Counted from the first letter of the stretch, positions 11,601 through 18,175 are shown. The stretch: DNA of 20,000 nucleotides from an uncultured virus (IMG/VR IMGVR_UViG_2657245422_000003) (IMGVR_UViG_2657245422_000003:51059-71058), one strand, 5' to 3'. Program-made: numbers and translations. Notes: a model not told the origin generated them from the sequence alone.

Positions 11601-14600
11601 CCGATAAGGTCAACACCAAAGCGGATCAGACGGCGCTTAACGCGCTGACTGGCCGGGTGGAGAAAACCGAGGCAGGCCTCACGGCAGCCAACAGCAACAT
11701 TGTCAGCCTGACGGCAGCGGTGAACGCCGGGAATGCTGCCGGGGATGATTACATTCCAAACCCGTCATTTGATCCGGCGTATGACCGCATGGGTTATGAC
11801 GTGGTGGAGACCACCGCCGATGGTGTGCCGGCTGACTGCCCGTTCAGGTATGCCGTCCGGCTGGCCGGGCGAGACCATGTGCCAAAAATCAACAATATCG
11901 CCGTGACGCCGGGCGACGTTTTCGAAATGTCTGCTCTGGTAGCGTGTGGTACCGGCAGCGCTGACTTTAACTTCTATATCGGTCGGGCCACCACCGCCAC
12001 CGGTGGTATCGGAGCGAAAGCGTCCGGGGGCAACACCAGGACCACCACCGCGTGGAAACGAGCCACCTGGCGCTTTACGGTGCCATCCGATACCAGCTTG
12101 CTGCGGCCGTTCCTGCAGGTTAATCAGAGCAGCCCGTTCGGCACCGTCTGGTACGCTGCCGACTGGCATATGCGTAACGTGACGGCAGCGAACAGTGCGC
12201 AGAAAACCGCAGATGCGACCGCAAAAGCGGTGGATTCACTGACCACCACGGTTAGCCAGCAGGGCGATACGCTCAGCAGCATCGGCACGCGGACCACCTC
12301 GCTGGAGAACAGCCTCCGGTCGACAAACGATACGGTGAGTAAAAAGGCTGACACGACAGCGGTGACGCAGCTGCAGGGCACGGTGACGCAGCAGGGGAAT
12401 GACATCGCGGCAGCTAACAGCGCGCTGACAAAACTCAGCAGCGATCTGGCCACGACGAATGCGAACGTGAACAAAAAAGCGGATGCAAGCGCGATGAACA
12501 CCCTGCAGAACCAGGTCACGGAGCAGGGCAAAACACTCAGTGCGCAGGGGGATTCTCTGACGCAACTGAGTAACAGCCTGAGCCAGACGGCAGCGGATAT
12601 TGACGCCAGCGGGAAAATGCCGGGCAACCTCATTGTCAACGGCAGTTTTGAGCGCGGCGCGGCGGGCTTTACCGGCTGGAGCAGTACCGCGACGGTGGCC
12701 GATTTACAGGTTCCGCACTCGGGTAACAAGGCGCTGAAAATGTCCGCCGGCCAGTCGAACCTGGTCGGACAGGAAATCAGTATCACGCAGGGCCGTACCT
12801 ACCGCATGGGGGTATGGGCGAAGCAGGACCCGGGGACCACGATTAAAGATGCGGGTAACACGAAGTTTCGTGTGGCCGACAGCACTGGCCTGCTGGTTGG
12901 CTCAAACTACGGACCGTTTAGTTCTGGCTGGCAACTGGTAACGTTTGACTGGAAAGCCACGAAGACCACGACGGCCAGTTTCCAGCTGACAACCTTCCTC
13001 AGCGCGGGGGCAATGTATTTTGATGATTTCCATGTCCTCGATGTTACGGATGAAAAGGATATCGCTGCTAATGCCGGGGCCATCTCACAGATGAATACCC
13101 GCGTCACCGCTGCGGAAGGGGCTATCACCACCCAGGCGCAGCAGCTGACGAAACTCAGCGGCGATCTGGCCGTCACGAATGCGGCGGTCAGTCAGAAAGC
13201 AGAGCAAAGCGCTGTCACCGGGTTGACCACCCGGATGACGTCTGCCGAGGGTAAACTGGATTCGCAGTCGCAGCAGCTCACCAGTCTGCAGAACAGCCTG
13301 ACCACGATGAATACGGAGCTGGGTAAAAAGGCTGACACGTCCGCGGTGAGTTCACTGACCGGTCGCGTAAGCCAGGTGGAAAACACCATCACCAGCCAGT
13401 CGCAGAGCATCACGTCGCTGACCAGCACCATCAATACCATCCGCACTCAGGGAGCTAATCCGTGGGTTGACGGTACGTTTGAAAGCTACAGCGATGGCCA
13501 GGTGCTGGGCGGGAACGGCACCGCCGTTGTGGTGGTGTCTCAGAAATTCACCGGCGGTAAGAGCCTGAAGTTGAGACGGGATGAGAACAACAGCGGCAAC
13601 AGTGATAAACAGCTTGGCACCTGGCAGTCAGTCCGTGAGGACGCGAAGTTCCGGTTTGAGTTCTGGGCCATGATGCCGGCGGATCAGGCGCCCTCCTCCG
13701 GGTGGACAACGCTGGTCGGTATCCAGTCGCAGAATGCTGCCGGGCAAAATGCGTGGCAGGCGGCGGTCACTGTCAGCGAAGCCTCTCTGGGCGCGCGCGA
13801 TAAGTGGGTGAAATTCACGGGTATCGCCAGTAACAACGGGGCGGGCAGAACACGCGCGGTGGTCTGGATCTCCACCCGTGGCGCCACCGGCAACGGTACC
13901 CCTGGCTATTCACTGTATATCGACGATCTGGTCATCACGGATGTTACCGATGCGAAAGCGGCACAGGATGCCTCTGACGCGACGGCGAGCGCCGTGAGCG
14001 GCCTGACGGCGCGCGTAACGGATGCCGAAGGGAAAATTACCGCTCAGGCGCAGCAGCAGACGGCACTGGCCACGAAAGTGGATAACGCCAACTCCCGCGT
14101 CGATAACATGGCGAAAACGCTGAGCGACAGCCAGAGCACACAGGCCAGCCTGAATACCTCGCTTCAGTCGCAGATTGACGCGCAGGCGGCCGCCAACATC
14201 AAAAACCAGACGACGCTGGACAACACGATTAAATCGGTGGCCAGTATCACCAGTACCCAGCAGACGCATGCAACGGCACTGGAGGCGCTGGCAACGCAGC
14301 AGACGACCCTGACATCCAGTGTCGGGGATCTCAGCGCTTCCGTTCAAAACACCGCTAAAACCGTGGCGGATGTGAATGGTACGGTGAGTTCGCTGTGGTC
14401 GATGAAGGTTGAGACGGTTAACGGGAAGAATGTTGGCGCGGGGATTACGCTGGGCAGCAATGGTGAAACGAGCGACATGATCCTCTACGCCGACCGCTTC
14501 TCGCTGTTTAACCGTAACAATGCGACGGCAGTGCCGGTGATGATTGCCGAAGGCAATGAACTGTATATCGATACGGCACGTATCAAAAACAGTTCCCTGA

Positions 14601-15208
14601 CCTCAACCAAAATCGCGGACGGTTCCATCACGAACGCGAAGATCGGCAACGAGATCCGCTCGAATAACTTTGTTGACGGGTCGCAAGGCTGGCGTATCGC
14701 CAAGGATGGCTCTTCGCAGTTCAATAACGTGATCGTTCGTGGCAGGGTCGAAGCGAATAGCGGCGTGTTCCGTGGCACTGTCCAGGCGGATGCGTTCATC
14801 GGTGACATTGCGGTGGCAAAAGGTTACGACAGCCTGACCTTCCGCCGCAACCAGACGGTACAGCGGAACGGTGCGTATCAGAACAGGGGGTATAGCATGA
14901 CAGTGGTTCTGGCCTGCACCCTGGTGTGCCAGACCTATGGGACGGGCAGTGGCCTGGGGTATACCTCTGATATTACGTTCAACATTGGTGGGCAGGAGGT
15001 AACCCGCCGTATCTTCGTCGATGCCGGTAATATCACAGCTGGCACCACGGCCTTTGAATTGCGGTTTGCCGCGCGCCTGGATGCTGACTACAACAATGTC
15101 GGCTTCTTTATCAAGGCTACAGGTCGAAATGCCGCGATTGATTACACCTGCACAGTCGAGAACATCACCGCAACCGCCTTCCGAACGGACAGCAGTTCAT
15201 TTAGCTAA
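2621..15208 (+). CDS. J: Giant central tail fibre / host-specificity protein J (4195 aa) with a coiled-coil stalk and multiple CBM-like domains
   Basis: The first ~820 aa carry lambda-J motifs (IKGRKGGG, LGEGEF, LRYPNTAL, WTDNPAWI, FN3-like GRYLVRVRAIN). The C-terminus carries the J-type WSMKV...GAGITLG...ADRF...DGSITNAKIG...GWRI segment (DUF1983-like, from ~14396). The ORF is uninterrupted over 12.6 kb. Confidence 0.95.
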   Translation: MANNIIKGRKGGGSKQRTPTEQPDDLQSVAKAKILLALGEGEFAGGLTGKDIYLDGTPLENADGSQNFSGVSWEFRPGTQAQTYIQGIPGTENEISVGTEVSSKTAWTHTFTNTQLSAVRVRLKWPSLMKQEDDGDVVGNTVKYAIDLQTDGGTWQTVLETAVTGKTTSGYERSHRIDLPHAGSTWTLRLRKISPDANSVKVGDVMTLQSYTEVIDAKLRYPNTALLYIEFDSSQFNGSIPQISCEPRGRVIRVPDNYNPETREYTGVWTGGFKWAWTDNPAWIYYDIVTADRFGLGNRLSSANISKWTLYQIAQYCDQLVPDGRGGDGMEPRYTCNVYVQERNDAYTVLRDFAAIFRGMTCWNGEQIVVQADMPRDVDFTYTRANIVGKPRYSSSSSQVRYTNALISWSDPDNAYADAMEPAFIPELVSRYSFNQLEMTAIGCTRQSEAHRKGLWGILTNNKDRVVEFDVGLDGRIPQPGYIIALADELLAGRVNGGRISAVNGRVITLDRDVDAKPGDRLQLNLPSGISQSRTIQAVNGRRQITVTTAYSETPERECVWAIESDDLFLQQYRVTGVKENSDATLTITGVAHDPDKFPRIDTGAIIDQRPVSVLPAGNQSPPDDIVITSRSVVNQGISVETMQVNWSAVSGAIAYEAQWRRNDGNWINVPRSSTTSFEVSGIYAGRYLVRVRAINAAEISSGWAYSEEKTLTGKVGEPLAPLALATRSLVHGVQVSWEFPTGSGDTLRTELQYSKNQDGSAPMPLSDVAYPGKSYQQMGLSMGAEFWYRARLVDRLGNESPWTGWVQGMASDNFDDYYENLTDAIKDTAAWEETQRTISETQEGIRNTQQELEQTAEALRKEAEDQAKQVSQDIEASAKSITADVDGKISAVNKTITDEITSVNEALDSGLAQANKGVQEAKSAVADANKQIATVNKSLTDSITQVRQSVTDTAAEINATIDLEIARVNKTLADGDAALNAQIKTAENGLKQSLSQVNTTLTSAVKQETADRIADVNAKAAQAADELLAATQGIEASIESLTQVMKTADENLAREMSSLAAGANIQFDSQVIWHFNNQTTEGWTGSAGVPGVSQDGWLRPADSATDPYITSPGGLAVDGAAYRFIMLRFRKTGKPVWAGEIRWVSAGENFNNTKRYIVAEPEYADGVATLTVRDIPWTGNIDRIRLDLTNQQDASNFIEFDWIAVGRPAPGASTAALQDVRSTLSNALTAEAQARSTLAAQMRGSYDGSDLEKVTSGLLYQEKTARVTAISAEVKARESLQTQFNDNKAAVSGELSSLTTEQSAQASRIGGLETSLGKKADAAALTSLTQKVEQQGATLTSQGAALTSLTNRVGQTETGLAGTNEALSGLQSVVTRQGDRITSQGQSITKLTSDLGTTNAALAKKAEAAAVTALTQQVEQNGQDIRSNTDSITSLSNQLVNGQPNRWSRRLYPVQLANAGTVPSFSDIRAVAPTVVDEVADAAKLDFTSAGSYLIAQYSCQVKVAADTTITLAPGARVFDDTGAIFVNGVQVAWGNASWNTVSFELKGGWNTVEFLVNQWTGQAYINLGLKLSDKVAEMYSGLGVSALANAAGVLSSNVSQIGNEVVSNSQSITQLRNALTQTDVNVASKADQTAMNSLTGRVEKTESGLTAANANITSLKSAVRAGNASGGDLIPNPTFDPAYDQMGFSVVSTTAEEVPPGCPYGYAARIASRDHHPEFAAFPATLNDVIEISALVACGAGTANFNLYVGTAVRPDTSTGAPLMAGGGKSPSATWQRTTWRFKVTQAMVDRGYIRPFLQISQNSPYGTVWFVTDWHMRNVTAAQKVQDTADATAAAVDSLTTTVTQQGNLLTSTGNRTTQLENGLATTNAAVAKKADATAVQNLTNTVTQLGNDLTAANSAITKLTGNLANTDKALAQKADATALATLDTKVTQQGKTLESQSNSLTNLSNSLSHVAADIDASGQIPGNLVVNPSFERGLDGYAGRSTATSVVEVSVPHSGTRALKVDPGNVTPGQYIPFIQGRTYEIGVWVKEPGATTDNGAGNNKLRIGNSAGQPVFERPYNSGTVGTNWTLISGRWKATETASLPVTLSNYLISGSRYFDDFYVTDVTDRVDIDATAGAVTGLTSRVSTAEGAITSQSQQLTNLQNSLNTTNSNVSKKADATALTSVDNRVTEAEGKLTTQSQQLTNLANVLTATRNAGDNLIPNFDFLQGSTAWDIQYPAGVTFGDFGDGKAGVRLNRTTNTSPGIFSNNNKPVPLNGQRKYRVVVKAKGVSGAMSLLIRRQNKIGQTDSTYEDKTVTLTTDWQTITWETGLTAAGADGQNFKLYSHPTNGEIWLDSVRVFDITDETNIKATSDAVSSLTGTVTNQGNTLTSQGQSITALKNALEGVKGDVAKKADASAVSSLTNRVTQTEKDIRSQADSLTSLNTSLKQQATRGANVLPDGSFESYAVGDVLSNARAVITSEAAHSGTKSLRVTRSTEYNPNATDNNDTHIFSGMQVRDNAVYYVEAWVKLPAGSTADPTVYMVLGFSFQDSANGWSWPGLNVKVSGLSVDNWTKVSGYLTNNRTALKQAMVRISIPNTPKVRLGDAFLIDDLIITDVTDAKAALDAADANAQALSSLSASVTQNGKNITSQGSAITKLQSDVTQLGKDISGKADARALTNLTTRVTATEGSLRSQGDSLTSLQNSLNTTNSNVAKKADATALQSLQNTVEQHGRDLTTQSSALTNLENNFSSLAVGGTNLIRNADTLEGWSSRHATETYLGDRVAYTRLAKGASGFTQLDEQTLEVTGRTEFVFSFYAKGAYDGQEMASYFYNPSNTTTTETSQGVKGGAGDGKAVTKLTTAWARYWVKWVIPATSGTKRLIAARLESATSADKEVWLCRPQLETGTVLTDWSPSPDDAASGITANTSAINSLTSRVTNAEGQLTAQSQSITNLQNSLNTTNNNVAQKASAQSVSDLTSRVTSAEGKITAQGQAITKLQGDLSSTTDKVNTKADQTALNALTGRVEKTEAGLTAANSNIVSLTAAVNAGNAAGDDYIPNPSFDPAYDRMGYDVVETTADGVPADCPFRYAVRLAGRDHVPKINNIAVTPGDVFEMSALVACGTGSADFNFYIGRATTATGGIGAKASGGNTRTTTAWKRATWRFTVPSDTSLLRPFLQVNQSSPFGTVWYAADWHMRNVTAANSAQKTADATAKAVDSLTTTVSQQGDTLSSIGTRTTSLENSLRSTNDTVSKKADTTAVTQLQGTVTQQGNDIAAANSALTKLSSDLATTNANVNKKADASAMNTLQNQVTEQGKTLSAQGDSLTQLSNSLSQTAADIDASGKMPGNLIVNGSFERGAAGFTGWSSTATVADLQVPHSGNKALKMSAGQSNLVGQEISITQGRTYRMGVWAKQDPGTTIKDAGNTKFRVADSTGLLVGSNYGPFSSGWQLVTFDWKATKTTTASFQLTTFLSAGAMYFDDFHVLDVTDEKDIAANAGAISQMNTRVTAAEGAITTQAQQLTKLSGDLAVTNAAVSQKAEQSAVTGLTTRMTSAEGKLDSQSQQLTSLQNSLTTMNTELGKKADTSAVSSLTGRVSQVENTITSQSQSITSLTSTINTIRTQGANPWVDGTFESYSDGQVLGGNGTAVVVVSQKFTGGKSLKLRRDENNSGNSDKQLGTWQSVREDAKFRFEFWAMMPADQAPSSGWTTLVGIQSQNAAGQNAWQAAVTVSEASLGARDKWVKFTGIASNNGAGRTRAVVWISTRGATGNGTPGYSLYIDDLVITDVTDAKAAQDASDATASAVSGLTARVTDAEGKITAQAQQQTALATKVDNANSRVDNMAKTLSDSQSTQASLNTSLQSQIDAQAAANIKNQTTLDNTIKSVASITSTQQTHATALEALATQQTTLTSSVGDLSASVQNTAKTVADVNGTVSSLWSMKVETVNGKNVGAGITLGSNGETSDMILYADRFSLFNRNNATAVPVMIAEGNELYIDTARIKNSSLTSTKIADGSITNAKIGNEIRSNNFVDGSQGWRIAKDGSSQFNNVIVRGRVEANSGVFRGTVQADAFIGDIAVAKGYDSLTFRRNQTVQRNGAYQNRGYSMTVVLACTLVCQTYGTGSGLGYTSDITFNIGGQEVTRRIFVDAGNITAGTTAFELRFAARLDADYNNVGFFIKATGRNAAIDYTCTVENITATAFRTDSSSFS
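9064..9127 (+). repeat. Direct repeat copy 1 (64 bp; partner at 10687..10750)
   Basis: 37 identical bp (CCTGCAGAACAGCCTGAACACGACCAACAGCAATGTG), and 61/64 identity over the extended match. Confidence 0.9.
10687..10750 (+). repeat. Direct repeat copy 2 (64 bp; partner at 9064..9127)
   Basis: Same match as copy 1. Weaker copies begin at 11444 and 13286. Confidence 0.9.
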
Positions 15209-15211
15209 CAG

Positions 15212-15238
15212 AGGCCCCGCCAGGGGCCTTTTCTTTTT
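15212..15238 (+). terminator. Rho-independent terminator-like hairpin after J
   Basis: AGGCCCC-gcca-GGGGCCT followed by TTTCTTTTT. Confidence 0.75.
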
Positions 15239-15269
15239 CCAGGGATAATCATCCAGGAGGAACTTTATT

Positions 15270-16694
15270 ATGGCGATGTATGAAGTCGGCACCGTCACGG
15301 GTGCAGCGTCGCAGACACGGGTGACAGGTGCGACAACAAAATGGTCACAGGTGGCGCTGGGGATACTGCCCGGGTCGATTCTGGTGGTCTACCGCAGCGG
15401 TAGTGCTGACCTGTATGCGATCAAATCCGTGGACAGCGACACGCAACTGACGCTGACCCGGAATATCACCACCGCATTTTCCGGCGCCAGTTACGGCATT
15501 ATAACCGCTGAAACCGCCAGTACCTCGTCGTTTGCTAACCAGCTGGCCAGCGCATTTGCATTCTGGCGTAGTGTGGCGGAGGGCTGGTCGATGGCCCTGA
15601 CCGGCAGTGGCAATATCACCCTGACTGACCCGATCACCGGAAAGCAGGTGACCGTGCCGGCGATAGGCGGGATGGCGAAGGCATCGGATCTTAACGCGCT
15701 GGCAAAACTCACCGGAGGAAACAAACTCGACGGCTCGCAGGTTATAACCAGCGATAATGCCGGTTTTATCCTCGGTAAGAACTCAGATCTGGCTCTGCTC
15801 AAAAAACAGGGGCAAGGCGGGACAATTGCCGTTGGCTCGGGAACACCGTTCAGGGTTCAGCGTTCAAGAGCGACCACTGTGTCACCGTCAGATACCTTTG
15901 ATGACATCCTCGTTATTGGGACCGATAACCAGACGACTTTGCCCGGTGGGTTATCAGCTGGCGGCAACATCGATAACACGTCAAAGGGGAAGGTTCTGAC
16001 GCAGGCGATCGAGCTGTCAATGAGCACGCCTTACATTGACTTCCACTACAACGGCAGCAGTGCGGATTATACCGCTCGCCTTATCCACGACAGGCAGAAC
16101 CGCCTGAACGCGCAGGTACAAAGTTTTTGGGTAACGGACGGGAGGATCACAGCATCATCGACCATGCCAGCAAACCCAGCCATCGGAACGCAACTGACCT
16201 CCAGTCCGGTACGCTCATTGATGGCCGGGCGCGGGGCCTATGGTGACGTGGACGGCGCTTATGTACAGATGTACATGGAAGAGCAGGTCGGGACTGAGCA
16301 CCGGCTTGTGCTGTACGCGGATGGGTTCGGACGTACTGACGCATGGATTTTCCGGGCTGGCGGCACGATTTCCACCGGTAAGGGTGACGTCCTGACCACC
16401 GGCTCAGATTTACGACTGAAAGAGGATTTTACTGAATCGCAGGAAGGGGCCTCCAGGCGCATTAATGCGCTCGGGGTATGCGAGTTCAATATGAAGGGCG
16501 AAACACGCAGGAGGCGTGGGTTTATAGCCCAGCAAGCTGAGAAAGTTGATGACCTGTATACCTTCCCCGGCATCGAGCAGGAGATCGATGGTGAAAAATT
16601 CAGGGTGATGAATGTGGATTACACGGCAATCATTGCCGATTTGGTAACAGTGGTGCAGGATTTGATTAGGCGACTTGACGCACTAGAAAGTTGA
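15270..16694 (+). CDS. Phage side tail fibre with a C-terminal intramolecular chaperone (peptidase S74-type)
   Basis: Strong RBS (CAGGAGG). Virion-attachment-like N-terminus MYEVGTVT...VTGATTKW, and the fibre motif PYIDFHYNGSSADYTARLI. The C-terminus SDLRLKEDF...RGFIAQQ...VDYTAIIADLVTVVQDL matches S74 chaperones, with predicted dyad Ser379/Lys384. Confidence 0.88.
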   Translation: MAMYEVGTVTGAASQTRVTGATTKWSQVALGILPGSILVVYRSGSADLYAIKSVDSDTQLTLTRNITTAFSGASYGIITAETASTSSFANQLASAFAFWRSVAEGWSMALTGSGNITLTDPITGKQVTVPAIGGMAKASDLNALAKLTGGNKLDGSQVITSDNAGFILGKNSDLALLKKQGQGGTIAVGSGTPFRVQRSRATTVSPSDTFDDILVIGTDNQTTLPGGLSAGGNIDNTSKGKVLTQAIELSMSTPYIDFHYNGSSADYTARLIHDRQNRLNAQVQSFWVTDGRITASSTMPANPAIGTQLTSSPVRSLMAGRGAYGDVDGAYVQMYMEEQVGTEHRLVLYADGFGRTDAWIFRAGGTISTGKGDVLTTGSDLRLKEDFTESQEGASRRINALGVCEFNMKGETRRRRGFIAQQAEKVDDLYTFPGIEQEIDGEKFRVMNVDYTAIIADLVTVVQDLIRRLDALES

Positions 16695-16701
16695 GGAGCA
16701 T

Positions 16702-16731
16702 AAAAAATCCCCCGGAGGCACTTGCCGGGGG
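16702..16731 (-). terminator. Minus-strand rho-independent terminator
   Basis: The minus strand reads CCCCCGG-caagtgcct-CCGGGGG-A-TTTTTT. There is no U-tract in the plus direction. Confidence 0.75.
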
Positions 16732-17116
16732 CAACTGAAACGACATTAATTGCTGTGTACATCACAGAATAATTTGCAGTAAACGATAAGTAAGTTCAAG
16801 TAAAGTTTTACTGGTCAGATGTTTTGTCGTTTTTTAATAATCTACCAAAATCAATAATAAAATAGTGCTAAATCCTGTTGGCTTTTCATGTTTAAGGATA
16901 TAACCCTAAACTATTGTCTTTCATCAGATTGAAAATGCACAGATAGATTCAAGAAAATGGATGTCAAATGTTATTATTGATACGTTTATCGTTAATTGAA
17001 GTGCCATCTTGTAATTTTCACATCTATGTTATAAGTTTGTAATGTAGGACGGTTTTATTTTGTAATTTAGTGGTTTGAAGTGATAGCGGCTCTTAGTGAT
17101 TTATAATAGGCTTTCT

Positions 17117-18175
17117 ATGTTAACAAAATTCCCAGATGAAAAATACATATCTGACAGAAATTCATCGTTTATTAAACGAGTATATTTTTTACGTCAGATA
17201 GGTGTCGTTCTTTGCTTTCTTCCTATATATTCAGTCCTCCAGGAACAGTCACATCAAAAAATAACGATAGCCCTGTTAATTTTGAATGCACTCATCTGGC
17301 CATCGGTTGCTTATCTGGCAAGCATGATGTCGAAGGATATGCTGAGTACTGAAAAAAAGAATATGGTACTCGATTCATTCTGGGCTGGTATCTGGATAGC
17401 CGTAATGCAAGTTAGCCCAATTCCATCATTATTTATAATCTCCGTTCAAATAGCAGATCGCTATGCTGCTGGTGGATGGAAAATTTTAAAACCAGCATTA
17501 ACGTGGATGATGATAAGTTTCGTGATAGTTTGGTTAGCAAATGATTTCAGATATACTATAGAATTCAGCACCCGAACGGTATTACTTTCTTTACCGTTGG
17601 CAACCTGTTATCCCATAGTGTTGAGTGTTGTTTCAAGGCACTTATCTCTAAAGCTGAGGAAAAGAAGGGAGTTACTGGAAAAACAGGCTCTAATGGATCC
17701 TGGCTTAGATCTGCCAAATCGTCGCTTTTTTGAACAGAAAATGGAAAGTGCTTTTCGTGCGACGCGTAAAAAGAGAATTCATTCATATCTTATGCTCATT
17801 GATGTTGATAATTTTAAAAAAATTAATGATACATATGGTCATGAAGTTGGCGATGCGGTGTTATCTCGTATATCAACAATATTACGAGAGTGCGCTGGCG
17901 AGAAGGATGTGCCAGCAAGATTTGGTGGCGATGAGTTGGCTATTATTGTTAACAACAGTAATAGCAAGCATGTTATAACCATGGTTCATATAATTCAGAA
18001 AAAAATTAAAGATCTTTCATTACCTTCTCATAAAGACATGTACTGTACTGTCAGTATCGGTATTTCTTGTGCAGAAAATAAAGAATCAATCATTGAGTGG
18101 ATTAAAGAGGCTGATAAAATGCTATATGAAGTTAAACGTAATGGGAAGAATGGATATTGCATGCCGAATGATTGA
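17117..18175 (+). CDS. Membrane diguanylate cyclase, MASE2 + GGDEF domains (AdrA/DgcC-like)
   Basis: Hydrophobic N-terminal helices resemble the AdrA MASE2 domain (LIWPSVAY...DSFWAGIWIAVM...AGG). GGDEF-domain motifs LPNRR, LIDVDNFKKINDTYGHEVGD, ARFGGDEL, TVSIG, ADKMLYEVKRNGKN. Start is ATG 17117 (after TAGG) or GTG 17096. Confidence 0.92.
   Translation: MLTKFPDEKYISDRNSSFIKRVYFLRQIGVVLCFLPIYSVLQEQSHQKITIALLILNALIWPSVAYLASMMSKDMLSTEKKNMVLDSFWAGIWIAVMQVSPIPSLFIISVQIADRYAAGGWKILKPALTWMMISFVIVWLANDFRYTIEFSTRTVLLSLPLATCYPIVLSVVSRHLSLKLRKRRELLEKQALMDPGLDLPNRRFFEQKMESAFRATRKKRIHSYLMLIDVDNFKKINDTYGHEVGDAVLSRISTILRECAGEKDVPARFGGDELAIIVNNSNSKHVITMVHIIQKKIKDLSLPSHKDMYCTVSIGISCAENKESIIEWIKEADKMLYEVKRNGKNGYCMPND

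Larger units (their letters stand above)
6572..13440 (+). repeat. Intragenic 132-bp (44-aa) coiled-coil repeat units with a K-A-D/E/S motif, 15 copies
   Basis: KA(D/E/S) motifs recur. Adjacent copies within a linker are exactly 132 bp apart: 8249/8381, 10598/10730, 11486/11618, 12344/12476, 13196/13328. Confidence 0.9.

Noticed and set aside
6572..13440. CRISPR-like repeat/spacer reading of the periodic sequence
   Set aside because: The repeats are degenerate at third codon positions and lie in an open reading frame, so they are protein repeats.
7510..13951. Possible diversity-generating retroelement (TR/VR) or shufflon behind the J repeats
   Set aside because: There is no reverse transcriptase or invertase in the window. 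The repeats are direct, in-frame and coding, and their mismatches are not adenine-specific.
2759..14808. Many minus-strand and alternative-frame ORFs (60-290 aa) overlapping J
   Set aside because: They are shadow ORFs expected from GC-rich, codon-biased repetitive coding DNA, and show no recognisable motifs.
16695..17116. Prophage attachment site or end
   Set aside because: No tRNA fragment, integrase or second copy of a core sequence is visible, so the boundary cannot be called from this window.
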